64,000 nucleotides of DNA from Salinispira sp. (lineage in GTDB: Bacteria > Spirochaetota > Spirochaetia > DSM-27196 > Salinispiraceae). The notes beneath the pieces are model-generated. The model made no database searches. It worked only from the letters and a program-made list of their open reading frames with translations, and had not been told where the DNA came from. Positions 16,917 through 24,850 of this stretch are shown one piece after another. Position 1 is the stretch's first letter. Every line of letters starts with the position of its first letter. The position numbers were made by a program, and so were the translations under genes. The stretch is from contig OZ271918.1 of NCBI GenBank assembly GCA_965602015.1, positions 3,744,001-3,808,000 of the forward strand. The letters are read 5' to 3'.

Positions 16917-19466
16917 ATGGCTCCAAGCAGGACAGCCGTCGTACTATCGCAGCAGAATCTGGATAACAGCGTACTCATCAACGCCCTGCCCGAAGCGGGG
17001 TACCGGGCACTGCTGTTGCTCAGCGGTGAGGACGACGTTCAGACCGCCATTGACGGGGTCCCCGAACATGCGGACCTGATTATCGTCAATCTCTCTTCCT
17101 TGTCGGATAAACGCCGGCGCGCATTCATTGCCGGGAGGCTATCGGCCAGAGCCGTCCCGCTTCTTTTCTGCCTGTCCGAAGAATCGCTCAAACAGGTCCT
17201 TCGCGACGGCGAGTTGGGCGAGCTGGGCTATTACGTGCTGCCGACACCCTTCACTGCAGCCTCCGCCCATTTGAAAGTCCTCGAGATCCGGGACTGTCTG
17301 ACCGACCGGGGAGAGAAGAGCGAAGGCCCTTACCGCGATTTATTCAGAAACCACAACGACGCGATTCTCATTCACGACGGCGGCGGCTTGATAGTGGAAG
17401 CCAACCCCCAGGCCGAACGCCTGCTCGGCGTTGGAGAAGGCGACCCCAGGGGCGCGAATTTGGCGGACTTCGAGCCCAGCGAGTTCACCGGTGTTTTCAG
17501 GGAAATGATGGAGAGCACCCTGCAGCACGGCGTGGTGCGCCTGGAGGTGCTTCTCCAAAACTCCCGCAATATGGTGTTCTCCGCCGAGGCCTTTACCGGA
17601 CGGATCAGCGGCCTCCGCGACGAGTTTTATACGGTTATTCGGGACATCTCCCAGAGAAAGATGATCGAGGATAAATTCAAGCAGCGGCTCACCATGGAAA
17701 GCGCTATGAGCCTTATTGCCGCCCACTTCATCAGCAATGACAAGCCACGGGACATGCTGGTGGAAGCCCTCGGGCAAATCGGCGACCTTTGCGACGCCGA
17801 TTCGGTGCGGTTGGAATTCTACGATGATGATTTCCGGATTTTCCCCGAGGAGTCCCTGAGCTGGATACACCGCCGGAAAATCAGTGGAGCCATGAATCTC
17901 CGGGTCGAGGACGATCTGTACGGGGAAATAATCGAAGAGATAAAAGATCGGGAGTACGTGTACACCGAGAGCTGGAAGGGGCGAAAGGTGCCGCGTTTGT
18001 TTGTCCTTCCGTTGAAGTATGACGGCCGGCTGATTTCCGCCCTGTGGATCCACCAATTGGAGCGCCCCCTGGTGTACGAAGACCGGGTGCTCTTTGTGAT
18101 GATCGCCGAGATGTTCAAGTCATACTACCTGCAGCAGGTAAATGCCGAGCAGCGCCGGATTCTCATCGGCAATCTTGAAGATAAAATCCGGCAGCTCGAC
18201 TGCCTGTTCAGCATAAACCACATGCTCAGGGAGGATTACGACGATTTGGCCGTACCCCTGACCCGCGCGGCGGAGATTCTCTTTACCAATCTCAAGGCCC
18301 GGGACTACCGGGAAATCCGGATGACCTTCGCCGAGCAGCTGATATGCGTGGGGAACTGCAGCGACGGCGATGCTTCGGATTCGGACTCTGAGCTGCGGGA
18401 TGAGCGGGTGTTATTCTCCCGGGAGGCCGAGTATTTCGGCTTTATCATGAAGGTGTCTGCCCGCCAGACCGCCAGCCCTCCGGAAACCGATCTGGAACTC
18501 TTTCGGGCGGTGTACAATGAACTCTGCAGCTTTCTGGAGCAGGCCCACCTGAAAATACAGCGCAGCCTCATGGAAGTGCAGCTCCGCCACACCCAGCGAA
18601 TCGAGGCCATGGGCCAGCTGGCTTCGGGAATCGCCCATGAAATGAATACCCCGAACCAGTACATACAGGACAATTTAAACTTCATTCGGGACAGTTTGGG
18701 CCAGATTACGCCCATGGCTGAGCGCCTGATGGTCAAGCTCGAGATCTGCGAGCGGGATGTTGCCGATTTGCCCTACCAGGATGCGGTGAACCTGCTCTCC
18801 GGGCTTCGGGAACTCGAAATTCCCTTCCTGTTGACCGAACTGCCCGCCGCCATTTCCCAAAGCCTGGAAGGGGTTTCGAAACAGCGAAGCCTGATTGACG
18901 CCATGAGGTCCTATTCCCATCCGGGAAGCGGCGGCAAGCGGGTGCTCAGCAACATCAACCGGATAATCGGCGAAGCCCTGGCGCTATCCCGATACGAGTG
19001 GGTGCAGGTCGCCCAGTGCGAGCTCGATTTGAGCGAGGACCTTCCTGAAATTCCCTGCTATCCCCAGGATATCAGCCAGGTTCTCATTAACATTCTCGTA
19101 AACGCCTCCCACGCCATAGCCGAACGCTTCCCGGATATCGGCGAAACGCCGGGGCAAAAGCCCGGCGTCATCCGCATTACAAGCCGGAAGCGGGAAGAAA
19201 CCTGCGAAATAAGCATCGGAGATAATGGCATAGGCATCCCTGAGGACCGGATGAATCGGATTTTTGAACCCTTTTATACGACAAAAGAAGTCGGAAAAGG
19301 CACGGGTCAAGGGCTTGCAATTGCATACGAAATCATTGAAAATCGCCATAAGGGTCAGATTCTGCTGCACAGCGAGCCGGGAGCCGGGAGCGAATTCCGT
19401 CTCCTCCTGCCTATCTCTGAACATAGCGAACAGAATGAGCCCGAGAAGAAGCGGGGGAAATCATGA
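16917..19466 (+). CDS. PAS-domain sensor histidine kinase
   Basis: PAS (DAILIHD...EANPQAERLLG), H-box AHEMNTP, N-box NILVNASHA, DNGIGI, FEPFYTTK, GTGQGL. Confidence 0.95.
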   Translation: MAPSRTAVVLSQQNLDNSVLINALPEAGYRALLLLSGEDDVQTAIDGVPEHADLIIVNLSSLSDKRRRAFIAGRLSARAVPLLFCLSEESLKQVLRDGELGELGYYVLPTPFTAASAHLKVLEIRDCLTDRGEKSEGPYRDLFRNHNDAILIHDGGGLIVEANPQAERLLGVGEGDPRGANLADFEPSEFTGVFREMMESTLQHGVVRLEVLLQNSRNMVFSAEAFTGRISGLRDEFYTVIRDISQRKMIEDKFKQRLTMESAMSLIAAHFISNDKPRDMLVEALGQIGDLCDADSVRLEFYDDDFRIFPEESLSWIHRRKISGAMNLRVEDDLYGEIIEEIKDREYVYTESWKGRKVPRLFVLPLKYDGRLISALWIHQLERPLVYEDRVLFVMIAEMFKSYYLQQVNAEQRRILIGNLEDKIRQLDCLFSINHMLREDYDDLAVPLTRAAEILFTNLKARDYREIRMTFAEQLICVGNCSDGDASDSDSELRDERVLFSREAEYFGFIMKVSARQTASPPETDLELFRAVYNELCSFLEQAHLKIQRSLMEVQLRHTQRIEAMGQLASGIAHEMNTPNQYIQDNLNFIRDSLGQITPMAERLMVKLEICERDVADLPYQDAVNLLSGLRELEIPFLLTELPAAISQSLEGVSKQRSLIDAMRSYSHPGSGGKRVLSNINRIIGEALALSRYEWVQVAQCELDLSEDLPEIPCYPQDISQVLINILVNASHAIAERFPDIGETPGQKPGVIRITSRKREETCEISIGDNGIGIPEDRMNRIFEPFYTTKEVGKGTGQGLAIAYEIIENRHKGQILLHSEPGAGSEFRLLLPISEHSEQNEPEKKRGKS

Positions 19467-20326
19467 GACAGCGAATTCTTTTTGTGGATGATGATCCGAA
19501 TCTCTTGGATTCATTTCGAAGAAATCTGAGAAGGAGCTATGACTGCCACACCGCCAGCGACCCTGAACAGGCGCTCCAGCTGCTCAAAGAAGAGGACCCC
19601 TTCAGCATTGTCGTCGCCGACATGAGAATGCCCGGAGAAAACGGCATCGGTTTCCTTGAAAAAACCCGCGAACTGTTTCCCAATACCATCAGGATCATGC
19701 TCACCGGCTACGCCGACATGAACACCGCCCTTGACGCGATAAACCGCGGCGGGGTGTTCCGCTTCCTTCAAAAACCCTTTGATACCGGCGATTTAAGCCA
19801 CGTCCTCGAAGACGCCACCGCCGAGTTTCAGCGGATTCAAAGCATCCACATGGATAGCCTCACCGATCCCCTCACCGGGCTGTACAACCGGCGATTCATC
19901 CACCGCGAGTTTTCCCGTCTCATGGAGCTCGCCCGCCGCAATGATCAGGATTTTTCGGTGATATTCGGCGATCTCAACAACTTCAAAATGGTAAACGATC
20001 ATTACGGGCATGCAGTGGGCGACGAGATGCTCAAGGCCGTGGCCGCCATGCTGGTACGCACCAGCCGGGGCTCCGACCTGGTGTGCCGTTACGGCGGCGA
20101 TGAGTTTCTCATTGTCCTGGAATCCACCAAGAAACCCCAATCATTCAGGCTTATCGAGCGCATCCAGGAAGCCGCCGCCGAGGTCAGCTTCGAAAGTCAG
20201 CCGGACCTGCGCCTGTCCATTTCTCTCGGCCACGCCTCCTATCCGGAAGACGGATATGAAATGAAGGAACTGATCGAAAGCGCCGACCGGAGAATGTACG
20301 AAGCAAAAACCCGCTCAAAATCCTAA
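19463..20326 (+). CDS. Response regulator diguanylate cyclase (REC-GGDEF)
   Basis: ILFVDDD/ADMRMP/KP receiver; DPLTGLYNR; RGSD I-site; GGDEF; 4-bp overlap with the kinase gene. Confidence 0.95.
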   Translation: MRQRILFVDDDPNLLDSFRRNLRRSYDCHTASDPEQALQLLKEEDPFSIVVADMRMPGENGIGFLEKTRELFPNTIRIMLTGYADMNTALDAINRGGVFRFLQKPFDTGDLSHVLEDATAEFQRIQSIHMDSLTDPLTGLYNRRFIHREFSRLMELARRNDQDFSVIFGDLNNFKMVNDHYGHAVGDEMLKAVAAMLVRTSRGSDLVCRYGGDEFLIVLESTKKPQSFRLIERIQEAAAEVSFESQPDLRLSISLGHASYPEDGYEMKELIESADRRMYEAKTRSKS

Positions 20327-21584
20327 GAAAGTGCCCCCAAAACAGCTGATTTCCCGCTCCTCAAGCCACCGCATAATCGGGAAGATCGATCTTCAGCGCA
20401 CTCACCGGCGTCTTCCAGATCCGATGCCAGGTCTTCCATTGGCTGATGTCCAGCACCAGATGATGAACGAAGGCCCGCTGTGTAAACATGCTTTTTGCCA
20501 ACGTGAGTACCCTCTTTCGGTCAAACCCGGCAACCTCACCATGGCTGATATCGTTACGTCCGTTTATCCGATACGGCTTGAGCAGGTTATGATAGGCGAT
20601 GTAGATCATCATCCGCTCCATGCTGTTGTTCACCGATTTTGACCACTGCACGCTCTGGCGGACATGACAGGATTGATCCTTTCGTATCTCCCGGTCCAGG
20701 TAATTCACCGGAAACAGGGGGTTCTCAGTGGTCCTGACCACCCTTGATGAGGTTCGGTGATGGATAACCCGCCCTGCATTTTCCAACGCCGCCCAGTCCC
20801 GATGAGCGCACAGCTCACGGCGGTATTCGAGTTTTTCATCGCTCAAGAGATAGCATGGCCTCTTCGATGAATAAGCCTTCCATCGGGGAAGAATGGTATT
20901 CATCACATCCCGGAAAGATCGCGCAATTTGTCCCCCTGCAATAGGATACTGGCGATTGAGCTCATCGCGCCGGCGCTTTTGTGCGGGGGTCATCCGCCCT
21001 TTACGCCGCATCTGCGCATAGTCGCACGCATAGACAACCTGGCTGTCGGAACCCACCGCGAGAGTGAAGTTGCTCGGCCAGTATTGGCTATACACAAAGC
21101 TTTCAAACCCATCAACGGCAATATCCTCATCGATTGTATGATCATTCGATAACTGGGCCATGGCAGCGATTGCCTGACGGGACAATCGGCTCAGCCGATT
21201 GAGAATGACCTTGTCGGTGACATAAAACTCCCGGGCAATATCGCGAATGCCGGAGGCCGAGTTGATTGAAGAGAAGATGCGCCGGTAATCGAGGCGATGA
21301 TGTGCGCGATAATCGAGGTGGAACGCGCTTTCGCAGAAGTATCGACGGCAATGCTTGCAGCGATAGCGCTGGGAAGAACCGAGGCGGCGGCAGTGATAGT
21401 GGCCGTTTCGGACAAACCAGCACCGGCTTGATTCTCTGTCGCGATGATGCTGAGAACAGTCCGAGTACGGACAGAAACGAGGGATTAATGCCATGCTAAT
21501 CTCCTATGAACTGGTAATCGTGTCATAGAAGACTACTGGCAAAAGAGTTATGTTGATTCGATCAGCTGTTTTGGGGGCACTCTT
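20326..21584 (-). mobile_element. Insertion sequence (~1.26 kb), IS1-like, with 21-bp perfect TIRs and 8-bp flanking direct repeat
   Basis: agtgcccccaaaacagctgat (20330-20350) is inverted at 21561-21581; aaatccta at 20318-20325 and 21585-21592. Confidence 0.85.
20361..21494 (-). CDS. Transposase, IS1-like (Zn ribbon + HTH + DDE-like domain)
   Basis: CPYSDC...RNG...QRYRCKHCRRYF Zn ribbon; GIRDIAR HTH; acidic motifs VDGFESF and SDEKLEY; lies between the TIRs. Confidence 0.8.
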   Translation of the reverse strand: MALIPRFCPYSDCSQHHRDRESSRCWFVRNGHYHCRRLGSSQRYRCKHCRRYFCESAFHLDYRAHHRLDYRRIFSSINSASGIRDIAREFYVTDKVILNRLSRLSRQAIAAMAQLSNDHTIDEDIAVDGFESFVYSQYWPSNFTLAVGSDSQVVYACDYAQMRRKGRMTPAQKRRRDELNRQYPIAGGQIARSFRDVMNTILPRWKAYSSKRPCYLLSDEKLEYRRELCAHRDWAALENAGRVIHHRTSSRVVRTTENPLFPVNYLDREIRKDQSCHVRQSVQWSKSVNNSMERMMIYIAYHNLLKPYRINGRNDISHGEVAGFDRKRVLTLAKSMFTQRAFVHHLVLDISQWKTWHRIWKTPVSALKIDLPDYAVA

Positions 21585-21595
21585 AAATCCTAGAT

Positions 21596-22006
21596 CTACC
21601 AGCTCTCCCGGGGAAGATCGATAATCCACTCATTGTTGATAAGGGAAGCCCGAAGGGTGAAGGTCTGCGTGCCCGAAGTGAAATACAGTTCAATGACGTC
21701 CCGGTTTCCGTCTCCACTGCCGCTCTGGCCGGTGAAAATAATTGGGTCATCGGCGCCGGGAATCGGAAGGGACAGTTCCTGCCTGGTGGAAGCCTGGGCG
21801 GCGAGCATTTCCTCGATGATGTACAGTATTCCCGCCGTGCTGTCCCCGCTGATCTGCCGGGCGGCGGCAAAATCCCGCTGCTGAAGGGCTGCGAGAAAGT
21901 CCTTACCCCGTTCCCGGGCGGTCAGGCTGCGGGTATTGCATGAAGCAATCACAATAACACCGACGATTACAACGGTAAGCGGCAAAACTCGCTCAAACAG
22001 TTTCAT
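21596..22006 (-). CDS. Small hypothetical lipoprotein (NTF2-like/DUF4878-like)
   Basis: VIASC lipobox; FLAALQQRDFAAA...L...NNEWII pattern. Confidence 0.7.
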   Translation of the reverse strand: MKLFERVLPLTVVIVGVIVIASCNTRSLTARERGKDFLAALQQRDFAAARQISGDSTAGILYIIEEMLAAQASTRQELSLPIPGADDPIIFTGQSGSGDGNRDVIELYFTSGTQTFTLRASLINNEWIIDLPRESW

Positions 22007-22992
22007 ATGCCTGACTCCTGGTTCATTCTTGCATCGGATAAGTATACAGCAAGGGCGCTTCCCCTCAGCAGATGGCGTCCGTAATCCAAAATCACCGAAA
22101 CCCGCTGGGAGGGATCGGGGGCTTGCGTGCCGTCGAACTGCCCCAGGCGGGAAACCTGTTCAGTGATATTTTCCGCAAACGCCGGTCCCAAAGCGGTTAA
22201 CGGGGAGGCGATATGCAAATTTCCCCGCTTCTCGATGTGGAGAATATTCAGGGATATTACTGAGAGGGTCCGGGCCAGTCCGTCGGCGAACTCCACAGCC
22301 GGAGCGTCGTTTCGTCTGTACGCATGGACGAGTTTTTTTATCGGGAAGGTTTGAGTGACCTCCGCCCCAATTGATCGGCAAAACTCATCCATAAGATTGT
22401 TGATAATCGCCCCCAGTGACCCCCGGGGAAAGTCGCTGCGCAGTGATCCGCCGCTGTCGATAATAAGTTCAGAAAGGTCCAGGTTTCTGAAACGTATGGT
22501 GCCATTTGCGTCGGTCCGGGCGCTGCTCATTGAGGTGCGTCGAAACGGATGAAGCATCATGCTTCGTCTCGGTGGGGGTGAAGGCGTATCGGCCAACTGA
22601 GAGAGAAGAATTGCCATTGCGGGATCTGCGCTCAGCGGGGCGGACATACCGGGCAGTTGAGAGACCGCCTCCTGAAGGATCCGGCGCTCTTTCTCTTCCA
22701 GGCCGGTGAACAGCAGTCGCGGGGCCGATCCGTCCCTGCCGTGAAGGGCTTTTTGGAGACGGTAGAGTATGCGCGGGAGGGCTTCTTCAAGGTAATCGAG
22801 GGAGGTGGACGGAACATCGGTTTCGGTTATTTCGAGGCCCGGTGACAGGAGATGAAAACTCAGACGGCCCTGATCGGCCAGCCCAATGAGGATGGATTCG
22901 CTTATGCCCCGCTGTGCAAAGTAATGCCGCACTGCCTCGTGATCGCCGGAGGCCAATAACTGCTGATATTCGGCGGATATCCCAGGTCTCAT
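22003..22992 (-). CDS. Hypothetical protein, C-terminus weakly ROK-like
   Basis: Start taken at MRPGISAEY to avoid overlapping the divergent gene; 4-bp overlap with the downstream lipoprotein gene. Confidence 0.6.
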   Translation of the reverse strand: MRPGISAEYQQLLASGDHEAVRHYFAQRGISESILIGLADQGRLSFHLLSPGLEITETDVPSTSLDYLEEALPRILYRLQKALHGRDGSAPRLLFTGLEEKERRILQEAVSQLPGMSAPLSADPAMAILLSQLADTPSPPPRRSMMLHPFRRTSMSSARTDANGTIRFRNLDLSELIIDSGGSLRSDFPRGSLGAIINNLMDEFCRSIGAEVTQTFPIKKLVHAYRRNDAPAVEFADGLARTLSVISLNILHIEKRGNLHIASPLTALGPAFAENITEQVSRLGQFDGTQAPDPSQRVSVILDYGRHLLRGSALAVYLSDARMNQESGI

Positions 22993-23060
22993 GGATCGAC
23001 AATAGCATAGCGACGGAAAAAGAACCATCGGAAAGAAATAACCTAAAATATGTATTTTCC

Positions 23061-23088
23061 TTGAAATTGAATAAATCTGTACTATACT
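23061..23088 (+). promoter_or_regulatory. Putative sigma70 promoter
   Basis: TTGAAA-16 nt-TATACT in an AT-rich divergent intergenic region. Confidence 0.5.
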
Positions 23089-23135
23089 ATGCCGTACGAG
23101 GGTTGAATTAGGTTTCCCCCCAGAGGGTTGCTTCG

Positions 23136-23167
23136 CGCCCGGCTCTTTATGAGCCGGGCGTTTTTTT
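23136..23167 (+). terminator. Intrinsic terminator in the leader of the nucleotidyltransferase gene
   Basis: cgcccggctc-tttat-gagccgggcg followed by T7. Confidence 0.75.
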
Positions 23168-23247
23168 ATACACTGTGCCTGCGGATTTCCGGGGGTCAGA
23201 GAGTTCCTCCGGGAATCGGTATTATATTTGCAAAAACCGGAGGAATC

Positions 23248-24153
23248 ATGAAACCCACACTGGTCATTCTCGCTGCGGGAATGGGAAGCCGATACGGCGG
23301 AATCAAGCAAATCGAGCCTGTCGGGGTAAACGGAGAAATCATTCTCGAGTATTCGATTTTCGACGCAATTCGGGCGGGATTCGGAAAGGTCGTATTTGTC
23401 ATCCGGCGGGACATTCAGGATGATTTTGATACCCACGTTTTGCCCCGTTTCTCATCCAGAATTCCCTGCGAATATGTGTTTCAGGACATGACAGACCTGC
23501 CCGAAGGATTCGAGGTTCCCTCCGAGCGCAAAAAACCCTGGGGTACTTCCCATGCGGTGCTTGCTGCTCGGGCGGCGATTGAAGAGCCCTTCGCAGTAAT
23601 AAATGCCGATGATTTTTACGGCCAGGATGCTTTTCGCGTCATGGGCGAATTCCTTGCCTCCCTCGACCCCAAGGAGGAGCGCTATGCCATGGTGGGGTAC
23701 CGGCTTAATAAGACCGTAAGTGAAAACGGGACGGTTTCCCGGGGCATCTGTACAGTCGATGAAGAGGGTTTTCTCACCGGTATGGAAGAACACACCAAGC
23801 TCGAAAAAAGTGCAAGCGCGATTCTCAGCCACCGGGATGACGGGAGTGTTGAGAAGTTCGAGGGCAGCGAACCGGTTTCCATGAACCTGTTTGGATTTAC
23901 CCCGGCGATTTTGCCAGTAATGCAGGATCTTTTTCGCGATTTTCTCAAGAACACCGGACCTGATTTAAAGAGCGAATTCTATATTCCTACGGTAGCCAAT
24001 CACGTCGTCGGGAGTTCGAACTCGACCATGAAGGTGCTGCGTTCCGACGCCGAATGGTTCGGGATAACCTATCAGGAAGATCGGCCCCAGGTTGTGGAAT
24101 CAATACGTCAGCTGGTCAAAAACGGCGTATACCCCCAAGCCCTGTGGGCCTGA
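23248..24153 (+). CDS. Sugar-phosphate nucleotidyltransferase (NTP_transferase)
   Basis: LVILAAGMGSRYGGIKQ, RKKPWGT, VINADDFYG; GGAGGA SD. Confidence 0.92.
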   Translation: MKPTLVILAAGMGSRYGGIKQIEPVGVNGEIILEYSIFDAIRAGFGKVVFVIRRDIQDDFDTHVLPRFSSRIPCEYVFQDMTDLPEGFEVPSERKKPWGTSHAVLAARAAIEEPFAVINADDFYGQDAFRVMGEFLASLDPKEERYAMVGYRLNKTVSENGTVSRGICTVDEEGFLTGMEEHTKLEKSASAILSHRDDGSVEKFEGSEPVSMNLFGFTPAILPVMQDLFRDFLKNTGPDLKSEFYIPTVANHVVGSSNSTMKVLRSDAEWFGITYQEDRPQVVESIRQLVKNGVYPQALWA

Positions 24154-24217
24154 TGCGTCCTCGCTAAATCGATTCCCCTAAAGCCGGGTAAAATGCTCAG
24201 AAATATATGCCCGAATG

Positions 24218-24248
24218 CCCTCCGCGCTTGATCGGAGGGCGTTTTTTT
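24218..24248 (+). terminator. Intrinsic terminator
   Basis: gccctccg...cggagggc followed by gT7. Confidence 0.7.
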
Positions 24249-24262
24249 ACTATTCTCTTGCC

Positions 24263-24763
24263 ATGGTAGCAGAAAAAAACACGCAAATAACAATAGAGTA
24301 CAGTTTCAAAACCAGTGACGGTATTGAACTGGGGGACTCAAAGCAGAGCGGTCCCTTTTCGTTTATTCTCGGACGGGGGGACGTGGTTCCCGGACTCGAT
24401 GCCCGCCTGGAAGGCGCCAAGGCCGGAGATGAGCTGCAGTTTACCATTCCGGCGGACGAGGCCTACGGTGAGCGCAGAGAGGACCTGGTGTTTACGGTTC
24501 CCAGCGAGCGATTCGAAGGCTTAGACGGCCTGGCCGTCGGTGCCCGGGTACAGAGCACCATTCACGGCCGGCCAGCCGAGCTCACCATTACGGAAATCGA
24601 AAATGACGAGGTAACCCTGGATGCCAACCATCCGCTTGCGGGCATGACCCTCGATTTCGATGTCAAGGTGATGGAGGTTTCCGAGGTGCCGGAGCACCTT
24701 CTCCATGCCCATGATCACGGTGGCTGCGGTTGCGGCGGGGGCTGCAGCTGCGGAGGTCATTAA
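24263..24763 (+). CDS. slyD: FKBP-type peptidyl-prolyl isomerase with His/Cys-rich tail
   Basis: EAYGER, LDANHPLAGMTLDFDV, tail HAHDHGGCGCGGGCSCGGH. Confidence 0.93.
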   Translation: MVAEKNTQITIEYSFKTSDGIELGDSKQSGPFSFILGRGDVVPGLDARLEGAKAGDELQFTIPADEAYGERREDLVFTVPSERFEGLDGLAVGARVQSTIHGRPAELTITEIENDEVTLDANHPLAGMTLDFDVKVMEVSEVPEHLLHAHDHGGCGCGGGCSCGGH

Positions 24764-24837
24764 AAAAAACCGGCGGGGTTCCGCCGGTTTTTTTATGCCC
24801 TCTGTAAAATAAAAACGCCCGGCACATGCCGGGCGTT
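24762..24837. terminator. Two hairpin terminators between convergent slyD and glgP
   Basis: A-tract-ccggcgg-ggtt-ccgccgg-T-tract (24762-24794); aaaaacgcccggca-ca-tgccgggcgtt (24811-24837). Confidence 0.85.
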
Positions 24838-24850
24838 CCAATCTGTGTGC

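Noticed and set aside
22993..23436. Long N-terminal extension of ORF 22003..23436
   Set aside because: Overlaps the promoter region and the clear nucleotidyltransferase gene on the opposite strand.
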